64,000 nucleotides of DNA from Gordius albopunctatus (Eukaryota): positions 558,001-622,000 of the forward strand of contig OZ193910.1 in assembly GCA_964276515.1 (NCBI GenBank), read 5' to 3'. The translations under genes and the position numbers were made by a program. The notes beneath the pieces were generated by a model. The model ran no database searches, had not been told where the DNA came from, and saw only the letters and a program-made list of their open reading frames with translations. Shown here in pieces: positions 27,101 through 39,624 of this stretch. Within the stretch, counting starts at the first letter, position 1; each line of letters starts with the position of its first letter.

Positions 27101-27592
27101 TTTAAAGTTTAGATAACAGCTATGATGACTTCTCTTCTTTATAACATCGATATAGGGTCGGCCTGTAATTTTGAGTCTTTTGTTAGTATAACAATAACTA
27201 GTGTCTCCTCTATATGTATGTCCATTGTAAAAATTGACTTTTTGCGAAGACTAGGACATAGGGTCCATCATGGTGTATTTATATTATAAATTAATGACCA
27301 CTGTTCTTCTTAAAGGTCAATGATTTATTACAAAAAACGAACAATTGTTATTTTTAAATAATAACACAATATTAGCTTAAAATAATCAAATTTAACATGT
27401 TAAAAATTCTAAATTTAATCAATTTTAAATCAATAGTTATAAACATTTTTTATGTATTCTTACTTGAAAAGGGTGAATGATAATTGAAGTGGCGTTAGAA
27501 TCGGGAATCATTTGAGGCGATTGGAATTTAAATAATTGTGCGAGGATTAATAAAAATATAATTTGTCGATGAAGGATTAATATTAAAGTCAT
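21131..27592 (-). CDS. Serrate/Jagged-related type I membrane protein: N-terminal hydrophobic leader, single EGF, vWC-like Cys-rich domain, Jagged juxtamembrane domain, TM and cytoplasmic tail; no MNNL or DSL
   Basis: Eight phase-compatible GT-AG exons. MTLILILHRQIIFLLILAQL..., EGF CSLSEHPCLNNGIC...CHCPRGYYGKLCE, DCNKCLCYNGKILCSK|IWCGPSKC (Jagged CSKVWCGPRPC), CYAFRLKLDIPHLPL|GLTVEMACNHLR (Jagged [27 protein letters not shown]), and TM IIQMVATGIVCMLILCALITSILLAL. Confidence 0.8.
21718..21874. mobile_element. Copy of the abundant CATGGGCGTAGCCAG MITE family
   Basis: GGCGTAGCCAG...CTGGCGACGCCCTTG termini with C/G-run internal motifs. Related copies at about 22307, 25595, 29035, 33656, 34266, 41776, 43428, 46136, 48029 and 59062. 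Confidence 0.75.
23984..24520. mobile_element. Palindromic MITE (possibly Transib-like CAC end) in a Serrate-like intron
   Basis: CACGGTTCAACA...TGTTGACCATTG ends. Internal inverted arms TTTGCTGTCAAAGTTGGT / ACCAACTTTGACAGCAAA and TTTTCGCGGT / ACCGCGAAAA. Confidence 0.6.
24740..24950 (+). mobile_element. 3'-end fragment of the RTE LINE family at 30442-33498
   Basis: CGAAAAGTACTGGACAT..GGTACCGG..GAGGACGAC..GTGTCACGTGGAAAGG..AAAGTTATG..TCAAAACAAACCCCAC matches the reverse complement of 30475-30640. Confidence 0.85.
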
Positions 27593-29229
27593 GATTGTCT
27601 TGGGGTATTTTTACGTGTTTGATGTAATGTTGATAATTCCATTTTTGAAACATCGAATTGAATTGCACATATTTTTTGGGGATTAAATCGTCTGCTCTTC
27701 CTAACAAATAATCAGACTTCTTCTACTTTTCACTAAATCATTTCGCATCACATTCTCTTCACAAATTTAAAGAAAGAGTAAATAAATTGAAATGGATTTA
27801 TATTAAATAATTTTCTTAGATAAGAAAAATTGATTAATTTAATGAAATTTAGGGGAATGAAGAGATCATCAAACTAATTTGATCGTGGCGCCAATTATAT
27901 CACAAGCATATATATTCTCAACTATAATAGGCCGAAGACCGCCTTTTATATGGTATTCATCATTCAAATGATTACAAGTTGAGTTTTATTATCCTCGCTC
28001 TTTTATCCTTTACTAGTAGTAGTAACTACTCATCACTATTTATTACAAAGCACCACAACAACAAAACGAGAGGTCATTTCAATGGCCACCTATACTATTT
28101 CATCCATAAAGAAGCGGATGAGTGATAAAATTTTTATTCTTTTCTTCGGGCTTCCTTTGTGCGCATAAAAATTGAATTTTTCCCCAAAAAATTTTATAAT
28201 TCCCCATTTAAATTAGCTAGGAGGTATTTTTTTACACTATAACAAAAAAATCACCCATTGTGTTAACTCTGATTTTTTCAAATTTACAACATCTGTCTCG
28301 TAAAAGCAGTTATTCATAATAAGAGATATTTAAATTTTTAATATTTTTCAAGCTATTAAATGAGAATTTTAATGTGGAATTTGCTATGGCACGATCTTTT
28401 ACAGTGTTCCGATCTAAGCCATGTGTAGAAAGAAGAGGAAGAAAGTATAAAAGAGTTTGCAGAAGTGCGACAATTTGCGACAAATATAATAACAAATTGT
28501 CATTAGTCATCAATGTTTAAAGCAATTGCCCAGACATAACTAATGGAAAAATAGGAGAACAAATGGAGGAAATAGGAAATATAATTATTGCCCTTACAAG
28601 ATTGCTGTGTATTGCTAATGCCTAATAACTTTTACCATATGAAAATGGCCGGAAATTATTGTTATTATATGCACATCATCTATTACTGTTATTAACCTTG
28701 AACCCGTTCTACATTTAACCATTTATACATGCTAATTGCTCGTAGATTATGATGGAATTCATCTGCCTTAAGCCAATATTATAGCGTTTACTACCTTGAA
28801 AATTTTTTCAAATTAATCTTACAATTTGCTTCTTGAATTCTTAATATCAATTTTATGTGATGCAAAGAGTTTTAAAAAGTTTTTGAATTTAAAGAAATTT
28901 AATATAAAAAAATACATTACAATTGTTTATTGCATATAAGCCCTGTGTTTGGGAAATTTAATTTAACGATTTATATTAGTTAAAATATCTTAAAAAACAT
29001 TTCTTAAATTTTGACAACTTTAAATTTGCCCAGACATGGTCTTAGCCAGCGTTGAAATAGCGGGGGGAGGGGCAATAAAGAGAGGGTTAAAATGATAATT
29101 ATTTGAAAGTATTTTGACAATAATTTTTTGATTTAGACTCGCTACGCCCTTGTGTACAGATTAAATATAGTTTGCATCATTGTGATAATTTCTAGAAAGT
29201 CCCGAGCTGTTCTAAATTAAATTTATTTA

Positions 29230-32200
29230 ATGACTTCTCATAAAAGTTACACGCTGATTACGGGAACGGTTTTGATAAGTTTGGCGATTGCTTTTAAGTT
29301 ATATTCCACATTTCATTGGTTGGATAAAAAAGTGGTATCATATCGCACGAGTGGAGGCAAATTGCGGACTTTCCATCCACAGCTGATTAATATAATTTTG
29401 GGTGTACTGAGTTTAACTGGAATTCTATTAATTTTATTCGGATCGTGTTGCATCAAAAATCAAAATTTAGTAAATTAATTTTCAAATTAAATATTAAAAT
29501 TCAAAAACAACGTCTAGAAATGTAGAGATGAAATTATAAAGGAAGAAAATTTGAAGTCTAAAATTTATTTTGACCGGCTTAATAAGGCGATTGCATCTGA
29601 CAGTTGTGCGAACATAAACAAAAAGTGTGCGACCCCTAATGACATCATACAATTAAATGATCCTTGGAAATTAAATTGGACCGAAATCTCTATCACCAAA
29701 ATGGTTAAATTATTTCATTAAATTAATTAAAAAATTTATTCTATTTTATTTCACAGATAAGGAGTAAAAATGTGTATCAACAGTTATTTAAGGGAACTTT
29801 GCATTTTGCTTCAAACGATTCATATTCCAAAGTTTGGATAAAAAGTGCAACAGCTGGTATTATTAAAATTTATAAACTATTATATGTCCCAAACATCACA
29901 AATAATTTTATGATTTATTAATTAAATTTAATTATATTCAAAAAAATTTAAATATTGAGAAATATTATTATTTTTGGCTTTCTCGATATTAGATTGTAAC
30001 ATTATATCGTATAAAGTTGTGAGAGAGACGCTTAACGAAATACAAATCCTCAAAAAAATAACTAAACACGAAAATATAAGCTTATTCTATGGCTGGTGCG
30101 AAAATCAAAGTAATTCTTTATATTAGTTCTAAAAATAATTTATTATCAACTTTAGATACCTTATATGCAGTTATTGAAGAAGCCATCTTGGGTGACTTGT
30201 TGAGTTACGTATTAAAACACAAACCTAAACATATGACTGAACTTGATTCATTCATACGCACCAGCATTATGTCAACTGATCATAATGAAGATATGGATAA
30301 AATGGCGCCCGTTCTTAGTTTTGCCTTAATGTTGAGATTATCACATGACATTGCATGTGGCATGGAGCACCTCCACGATCTCGACGTAAATTTTGTTTAA
30401 ATCGTTTTAAAAAACAATTAAAACTAACGAAATTATTTACTCTTCTTCTTCTTTATCAGTTATTTGGTCCCACATTGGTGGGGTTTGTTTTGATAAGTTT
30501 CTTCCGTCTTGACCGGGTGAGTGCCATGTCTTGACTAATCTCTTTAGTTTCCATAACTTTATCGACTTGCCCTTTCCACGTGACACGCGGTCGTCCTCTT
30601 CCTCTCTTCCCGGTACCTACATGTCCAGCACTTTTCGATTTACGTCATCCGTATCCCTTCTTAGTATATGCCCATACCACCTTAGCCGATTTTCGTTAAT
30701 CATGTCCGCCATAGATTGAATTATAATTTTTGTCATGAGAAAGTCATTCGTCGTATGGTCGAGCTTAGTATACCCCAAGCTCCACCGTATCATTCTCATC
30801 TCCGTGGCTTGTAATAGCTTTCCTTCCGTGGTGTTTAATGCCCATGTTTCACTTCCATAGAGTAACACCGGTCTTACGATGGATTTGTAAGCTTTGCTCT
30901 TCAACCATATTGGCATTTTCTTGTCGCACATTACACAGGATATACTTCGCCATTTAAGCCATCCTTTTTGAATCCTGTCATTGATTTCAGTTGCGCAACC
31001 TCCCTCTTGATGTAGCATAGAGCCGAGGTAAGTAAACCTGTCTACTTTTGGGTACTTTAGATGGTCATTCAGCGATGGGGTGCCTATACCGTTCATTTCC
31101 ATATATACCGTTTTTCTATCGTTGACCTTTAAACCATATCCAGCTAAGCGTTTTGACCACTTTTCTGCTTCTTCGAATACCTTCTCCCTTGTTTCCTCGC
31201 ATAGTACTATATCATCGGCATATAGCATACACCATGGCGATGGCTTTTGAAAGTCCCTCGTTATCGTGTCTATAATTATATTAAATAAAAAAGGACTTAA
31301 AGCAGAGCCTTGATGTAATCCAATATTAACCCGAAAAGGTTTAGAGTCTCTAACTGTCGTCCTAACGCAAGAGTTTGAGGCTTCATATATATTTTTCATA
31401 AGCCGTATATATGCGTCAGGGATATTTTGTTTCCTCAGGCACCACCATATTAAGTCGCGGGGACCGTGTCATAAGCTTTCTCCAAGTCGATAAAAACCAT
31501 ATGTAGGTCTTTCCTCCTTTCACCATACTTATCCATCATTTGTCTTAGGGCGAAGATTGGGTCGATTGTGGATTTGCCGGCCGCGAATCCGAATTGATTA
31601 GCCGATATTTCCACCTCGTTTTTCAGCCTTGTTACTAAGATTCTTTCCATAAGCTTCAAGGAGTGGCAAGTTAGCTTGATACCTCTGTAATTTCCGCAGT
31701 CCTGAGGGTCTCCTTTGCCTTTGAATAAGGGTATAATCGTGCTTGCTCTCCATTGATTAGGGATTCGCTCTTCTACCAATATCTTGTTAAGGAGGTTCGT
31801 CATGGTGGTGACTCCTTCCTCACGACATCCGAGCCATGCTTCCATAGGTATTCCATCTGGACCATTTTTTCCTTTTTGCATCTTGTTCATTTGTGTCCTA
31901 ACATCATCCTCCTGAAAGAGTTCGACCATATTTATATTTGGCTCAATTTCGGGAAGGGAATCCTTGTCGTTTTCAATATTCATAAGTTTCTTAAAATATC
32001 CTTTCCACCTTTCCATCACTTCTTTCGGCTTGAATAAGGTTTGACCATTCTCGCTTTTGACTATTTTAAGAACTCCGACATCGCGACTTTTCTTCTCCCT
32101 TATCTTGGCCAATTTGTACATAAGCCTATCGCCCCCTTTATGATCCAGTTTGTTTGCCATTTAGGTGTACGCGGCATTCTTCGCTTTTGCAACGGCCTTT

Positions 32201-35200
32201 TTTGCGACCCTCTTTGCGTACCTGTACTCTTGATAATCCTCCGATTTTTTTGATTTATGCCACCGTCTATATAGATTTTTCTTTCGATGAAATCCTTTCC
32301 CTATTCATAGCTTTGCCTCCTTTGGTCTGTCCTAGAACACGAATCGCTGTTTCCTTAATGTCCTTAGATAGCGTCTCCCAATCGTCGTCTACGTCCCTTT
32401 GCAACTTCCTTGCACCCAAGAGTGAGCAGGCTTTTTGATGGTATTTTTTGTTCATCGACGTATCCTTTAACCTTTCGTATCGAATTCGAGGTTCATAGAC
32501 CTTTCTTCTTTCGGGAAATACTCTTCTGTCAAGATCAAATAACAAGAGGAGGATGTTGCCTGGCGATTTCTTCTCCCGGTATCACTTTGCAATCCTTGAT
32601 ACTCCATAAGTCCTTTTGCCGTATAAGCAAATAGTCGATTTGACTAAAATGCTCCCCACTTCTATAGGTCACAATATGATCTTCGCGCTTTTGAAAATAG
32701 GTGTTAACGATCGCCATGTCATATGCTTGGGATACTTGGAGAAGTTTTTCTCCTTCTTTGTTCTTCAGACCATGCCCATAGCCTCCATGATTGCGTTCAT
32801 ACCCGAGGCGATCTTTCCCAACGTGGGCGTTGAAATCTGCCCCAATAACTAGCCTTTCTTCCTGTCCTATTCCTTGTATTTTCTTTTCCAATGAATCGAA
32901 GAATATGTCTTTCTCTGATTCCAAACATCCAATTTGGGGGGGGGGCATACACGCACATAACGGTTAGTAGGCCCCCTTGATCTGCAATCTTTATCCACAT
33001 TAGCCTGTCGGAACAACGCTTGACTTTCACCACCTTGTCCTTGAACGATTCACTTAGAACGATACCGACCCGGTTTCTACGATTTGATGACCCACTGTAT
33101 AAAAGCTTGTATCCTTCTCCTAATTCCCGAGCTTTCGTTCCGTTCCACCTCGTTTCTTGTAGGCAGGCGATGTGTATCTTTCTTCTTTTTAGCATCTGTG
33201 CGACCTCGATGCTCTTCCCCGTCAACGTTCCCACATTCCAACACGTAATTCGCATTCTTTCCACAACTAGTTTCCTTAACCGCCTTTGTTGTGAGTTGGG
33301 CAGTAACCCTAGTGTATTTTTAACATTGCACGGGCGGGGTATGCAGTGCGCGTCGTTTGTGGAGGACGCCCTAGCCTTTTCTTGTAAAATCTTGTTTGAA
33401 ACTATCATAGTTTTGGAGTTGATTTTTATAGCCGGCTTCCGACCTGACGCCAACCCTCCACTTTTTGCACACGGACTTGGGACCGTCGTAGGTAGTGTTA
33501 ACAAAATTATTTACTGCTAGCTTTAAACCTTAGGGTGGGGTTTCATACAAGTGAGTTGTCTGTTTTTAAAACCTAAGGCTCCGCTGCTATTAAATTTAAT
33601 TTTTTCCGTTTAACGGTCCATACATCTGATTCGCGATCTTTTATTTTCAGGTCACTATGGGCGTAACTAAGGGGGGGGGGGGTGGCTGATTCCCTCTGAA
33701 TCTAAAAAAAAATTGTTGAAATTTATTAAAATTATGGCTTAAATTACAAAAAATGAGTATTTTTCTCCTCCTTATAACATTATTGTCCCCCTATCCCAAT
33801 GCTGGCTACGTCCAAGTCATATGAATGATATGTTTCCGAATCAGCTTAGGTTTTCCCTCTTTCGCATACCTCCTCCCTCAATGAATGTGCAGGGCCCAAA
33901 TAACATTTTAGTAACTTAATTATTGTTCAATTAAAACTATTATATTATATGCCTTAAAAGGCTTTTAAAAAGTGCAATAAATTTAGGGAAACATGTGATA
34001 TGTTGTCTTAATAGATAGTGCATCGAAACTTGTGCTGCAAATCAATTCACTTGGGCGAAGACAAATACGGGCTGACGATCATAGCTAAAGTGGCAGATCT
34101 TCACTTGGCCTGTCATCCAGAAATAACTTTGACAACAGACGTTATTCAGGTGTATGAAAATCCTTTACCAATGTTTGATGTTATTGTGATGTAAATTATA
34201 TATGCACTTAAAACGGGTGAATGGGAGTAGCGGGAGAGAAGTATGTGAATTCATTAATAGGATCATATGCGTAGCCAACCCTCCCCCCCCCTAAATCCAA
34301 AAAACCGTTAAAATATAATATAATTATGTCTAAAATTTGAAAAAGGATTATTTTGCCCGTCCCTAAATCATTATTGCCCCCCCCCCTTTATTCAAATCCT
34401 GGCTATGGCGTTCATATTGGGAGGTTTGTACTCTTTATTAAAGGTAAATATAAAAGTGAGGGAAAGAAAAGAGTTCGTAAAATATAATTGTTAAAGAAGT
34501 ATTTTACCCGTCTTTATATACTCGCGAATTAATTGAAATAGGTTTAAAAAATTATCATTTAGTGTGATAGGTAAATTAGCCTCGGTAAGTAGTATGGTAA
34601 TGTAAATGAGTCAATTAAGTTTCGAAGTAGGGTTAAGTACAATAGGATACCCTTAGCTTAAGAGTAATAGGGACCTCTATAATCGTGCCTTCGGCTCCTT
34701 AATTAGTATGTGGCCCACGACGATACAGCAACTAGACTTTATTGACACCTTTTAATCATTACATTTCTTCATAAAAATTGCAAAACTACTATAATTTTAT
34801 TTTGTTCAAACAGAGATCTATATTCCACCGACCTTTTATTATCATGACAAAACTAGTCGCTTAATGAAAATAGTTGAGAGAGTGGTTAAAATATAACCCG
34901 TCTTTTTATATATTTTAGACTTCCTTGGACGTACCTATAAGATGGATGGCTCCGGAACATCTCATTATGGTAGGAAACTTTAAGCCGGCTTCTGATATTT
35001 GGTCATTTGGAGTTTTATTATGGGAATTGACATCTTTTGGAGGTAAAAGTTATTCCAATCAATTTGCACATTTTTATATTTATTTTTTAATTAGTTAAAG
35101 AAGGTCTCCTTGTTAAATCCTTGGCCCAGTCATTTAATTAAGCTTATATTAATTAATATTGACATTACCATGATATGAATAAATATAATTTATTAGGGGC

Positions 35201-36000
35201 TGGCTGGCACGTTATTTACTATCTACAAATTACATCATAAAACATGTATGTTAGTAAAGTTGTTGATGGTCCTCAGCAACTGTATTAATTAAATGCTTTT
35301 AAACTAGATGTTCCTTATTCCGAAATCATAACGAACGACCAGCTAGCTTTTATACTTGATAAAGGATATCGATTGTCTAAACCGTCTATATGTGATGTTG
35401 AATTGTAAGTTAAGATATTGCTTTAGTTTGGAACTTTATAAAACTTATTGTCAACGTGAAAAATCATCGTCTATGCAATATATAGTAAACATTGTAGAAA
35501 TTTAAATTATTATTAATTACAGGAAGTGTAGGTAGTTCGAATTTATAACAAGTAGTATTTTAACTTTCCATTTTGAAACTAGTTAAACATCTTAGAATAT
35601 TTAAAGGTTGTAGTCATGAATAATTACAATTCTATTATTGTTTTACTGATATTTAAGATATGAAACTATGGAATGGTGTTGGAATTCAGAGATAGAGTCA
35701 CGCCCTACATTTACACAATTGAAAGACGGTCTTAGTTATTTGTTGAAGCTTAAAATCAGATCAGATAAGGGGAAAAAATCTGGACGCAACTTTCGGGGAA
35801 TTAATTTTAAGCAGGTATTTAAAGATGAAAGTTTTTCCATAATTATAATTTAGGTGAAAAGAAAGTTAACCAAAAGTCTCTTTTTGCCAAATTCAACTCG
35901 ATTTCCTAATTATATGAAGGAGCTGGAGCCAGAAAAGTTTGCCGACTTTGAGTATATATCGGAAGGATCCTTAATTGATTCTGATGATACACAAGCTTGA
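29230..36000 (+). CDS. Membrane-anchored tyrosine-kinase-family pseudokinase with minimal ectodomain, multi-exon
   Basis: Two N-terminal hydrophobic segments, then [88 protein letters not shown] and MEWCW..RPTF. Stop TGA at 35998-36000. Confidence 0.85.
30442..33498 (-). mobile_element. Apparently full-length RTE-clade LINE (APE endonuclease and RT), frameshifted, in a kinase intron
   Basis: Endonuclease [83 protein letters not shown]. (GAA)n 3' tail. 17-bp TSD TAAC(G/A)AAATTATTTACT at 30425-30441 and 33499-33515. Confidence 0.95.
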
Positions 36001-36338
36001 TGAAGATTATATTAAAAATGGAACAATAATTTTAAAAGTTGAAGATGATAAATAAATTTTTTATTATTCTTATTATAAATGCACTTTGAATATAATAATG
36101 TAACTAGCTTATTTATATTAAAAGTGTAGTACACGTTAAAGATGGAAGGGGGGAGTAGTTATTTTAAAGCACTTAAAAAATCTTTAAATAATTTCCAAAG
36201 CTAAAATGTTATTTATTTTGAGAGATTTATGATTTTGTAGAGAGGTAATAGAAGTGCGAAGTGCCTCCGGGAATACGTTATTTACCTGTGTGTTGTCAAT
36301 CAAATTATCATTAATTAGTTGTAACTTATATATGCGTT

Positions 36339-37526
36339 TAGTGTTTCGATCTCATCTCGATCTCGAAACCAAAATCTCGTCTCGTCTCGGGTGGGATTAT
36401 TAGAATCTCGATCTCGTCTCGACGAGAATTCTCGTCTCGTCTCGACTTTTAAAAATAATTATAATAACATATATTTTTTTCTTATAAATTATTATATAAG
36501 GTATAAATTTGTCAAAATAGACGTATTTTTTAACTTGAATCTCAAAACAGAAGCTTGAGTAACTTAAGGTAGGAAGCAATATAATATAGGTGTTATATAC
36601 TAATTGACTCAAAGGTATAAGGCTGCTAATTAATAAATTTTATGTCCTGGGTAAGGCTCAATAAAATAAAGTTTAATATCATCATACTTTAACATAATGA
36701 ATTTATTGAAATTTTAAATAATAGAGTACAAATAATGAAAAAAATGCGAGAGTAACTTTTTAAAACATTATCATTTATAACAAGTAATTATATGAATATC
36801 GTAAATACAATAAAATAGCCATATTGTTGGAAGAACATAAAAGTTTTGATATCTTAGGTTAATTGCACATATATAATTAAGTAACGTTTATTTAGAAAAT
36901 TTAAACAATTCTATTATGGTGTGGCATCCCATTATATATAACAAAATATTGACTTAATGTATAATAATCCTTATGATGGTAACGTTTTAGATGTCGTTGA
37001 AGACCTGAAGTATTGTTATCTGTCATTTTTATTTCTTTGGAACAGAATTTACATTTCCCCATTTTATTTGATTCCTCTTTGGATATTGTGAAATGTTTCA
37101 GTAGCTTGTTCTTTTTTAAATTGCATGCTGGGGAAAAACTCATCGTCTAAAATTTTCATATTATATAAGCTAAATAAATACATAATTACTTCTTCGAATA
37201 ACACTATGTTAATGTTTTAATAAGATTATACTATAAATTTGAAATTAGCGCGAAGCGGATAATTAGGTGCGTAAGTAATTTAAAATCAAAAGTTCAAAAT
37301 CATATTAATTTCATTTAATATCCTAAATTTAAATTTCATGAAATAAGTTTTTTAAATAGTTAAATTTAACTTAATAGTAAAAAATAAAAATTAAAGTCGA
37401 GATCTCGCCGATAAAATCTCGTCTCGTCTCGATCTCGACTCAATTTTTCAAAATCTCGTCTCGTCTCGTCTTGGTTTTTCGAGACGAGACGAGACCGAGA
37501 TTTGTCTCGGTTTTTCCGCATCACTA
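36339..37526 (-). mobile_element. Internally deleted hAT element with BED zinc-finger ORF
   Basis: TAGTG...CACTA ends, perfect 8-bp TSD TATGCGTT, TCTCG subterminal repeats, and ORF 36901-37143 with CKFC...TSGLQRHLKRYH (BED finger). Confidence 0.9.
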
Positions 37527-39382
37527 TATGCGTTGGATATACACGTCTTACCAGACTATTGTGATATCCTTGCGTAACGTGTTTTGGAGATTATTTCCCC
37601 GCTATTAACAGATTTAAATTGTGTTATAAATTGAAATGAACAAAAGTTTCTAAAAATGGTCAGAGGCATAAAATGAATATCAACGATGCCATATAACAAG
37701 CTAGATAGATTTAATAGCCACTATTAAAATTGGTATGTTATCATAGTCTGATAATGGCATAAGCTAAAATCAGAATTTAAGGGTGTACCGTCATGATACA
37801 CCTATATAAATTACTTATTTATTATGAACTGTCATTAAAAAAATTAATATTGAGCTATTTCTACATAATGTCAGCACTCAACAAAAAAATTCTTGATTGC
37901 TAGAAAATTAAAAACTTACGCAGTTTATTGAATTTCGCAAAAAGGCCAACTCAAAATGGAGACCTAGGTCATTTTTAAGTTTTCAATATTATAATCAGCT
38001 GTTTATTGGGAATTGTAACGATTTGCATATAATAAAAGAAACATACATTAAAAGTTGGTTTCAGACATTATAATTATCAGATGGTTTTTAAAAGTCTAAG
38101 GTGTGGTCCAAGGTAAAATAATATTTGTGTTATTATTAGTATGTAATCTAATCAGAATGTATATATTATGATTTTTGGTAATCAGCTATTTTTTTGAATT
38201 TGAAGCTGCCCTTTATTTTAATTAAATTATGCCAATTCTATATATTTGCCAAGCTAAGACTTAATGTCTCATAGCTTTTTAGGATTGTTTTATTAATTTA
38301 GAATTTATGAGTTTCCCTTTAATTAAAAGGATTAAAATGATTCTATATTTATGTTAACAAAGTGTTATTAACTTAAATGTACAATCTATGTTACCATTAA
38401 AATCAAAATTATTTTATTAAAACTTTAGGATAAAAGACTTTAAAAACATTGTTCATCACCCATACATATATAATGGCCATTACTTTCAAATAATTAAATA
38501 TTATTAAGTTATAATTTAAGGTATTTAAACATTAATTTGTTGCACAATATATTTAAGGATTTCTTTGTAATCTGCTGTCTACGTCACTTTGGTAAAGTAG
38601 AAACTCTGAGACCTTATGTTTTTTAACACTAATAAATTATAATATTAATCAAAGCTCAAAATTTTATAGCAATTTACATAGTTAAAATATTTAAAATAAA
38701 AACAAAGTTAAAATGTTAGTATATCAAGAACATATTATTTATATAATAAACATTTTCAATAAATAAATATTTACAATGTTACTCTAATATTTTATTTATA
38801 ATATGCCTTAGGGCATATAAATAATTTTATTGCATAATAAAGCATCTAAGCTCTCCTCCCCCTTCTTTTTCCTTTCTCTCACCACTATTCCTTAGCATTT
38901 TTATCACATAAAGTAAGTAGTAAGTCATTGACATTAATGTGTAAGATATTTATAATGAATAATCTCATCAACCATTAAATCGATTTTGCAATTAATATTT
39001 ATTTAATTTTAAAAATATCTTAGTCAGTGACTTAGTAATATTATTTTAAAATATTATATTAAAATGGCGTTTCTATAATTGCTTCTAGGGTTAAATTAAA
39101 CTTTTATCGTTTTAATGCCTAAAGTTTTGCATATATTTAATTTTGATTTTTTAGGAATTAGCCAATTTATTAACTATCGATTGATCTAAATTTGCAAGTT
39201 TCTTTATTTTTAGTAATAAATTTTAAATATAAAATGGAAAATCGCCAAAAATAAAGCTCAAAAATGCAACAAAATCTTTTAATTCGCGTTCAAACCACCA
39301 TTTACTGCCGAATACACATTCTTATCTAAGGTCGTCTAATTGATTTCTTTTTACATATTAATTTAATTTAAATTTTTATATA

Positions 39383-39624
39383 TCTATATATATAAAGTGA
39401 AGTCTATGTATGTATATATGTGTGTATGTAAGCGCTAAATTCTGAAACTACCGGCCCGTTCCCAGGGCGGCCAGGGATAAAATAGCTTTTTCAGAATCCT
39501 AAAATTCCTTTTCGTTTTAAATATATCGGACATTTCCCGGCCAGTTTCATCACACTTATAGTGAGTTAGTTAATTTGTCAGACATAATGTATATGGCAAA
39601 ACAACGTTGGCCGGGCTTATCTAG
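39383..39624 (+). mobile_element. Non-autonomous Helitron
   Basis: A|TCTATATATATAAA 5' end, short (TATG)n, imperfect 3' hairpin GGCAAAACAACGTTGGCC, and CTAG|T 3' end inserted at an AT site. Confidence 0.75.

Noticed and set aside
26560..28790. Hydrophobic ORFs (26560-26742 and 28310-28513) suggestive of a decayed multi-pass or GPCR gene
   Set aside because: They have many stops and no diagnostic motif, and hydrophobic ORFs arise easily in T-rich DNA.
31753..33520. Plus-strand ORFs overlapping the LINE
   Set aside because: They are antisense shadows of RTE ORF2 with no independent motifs.
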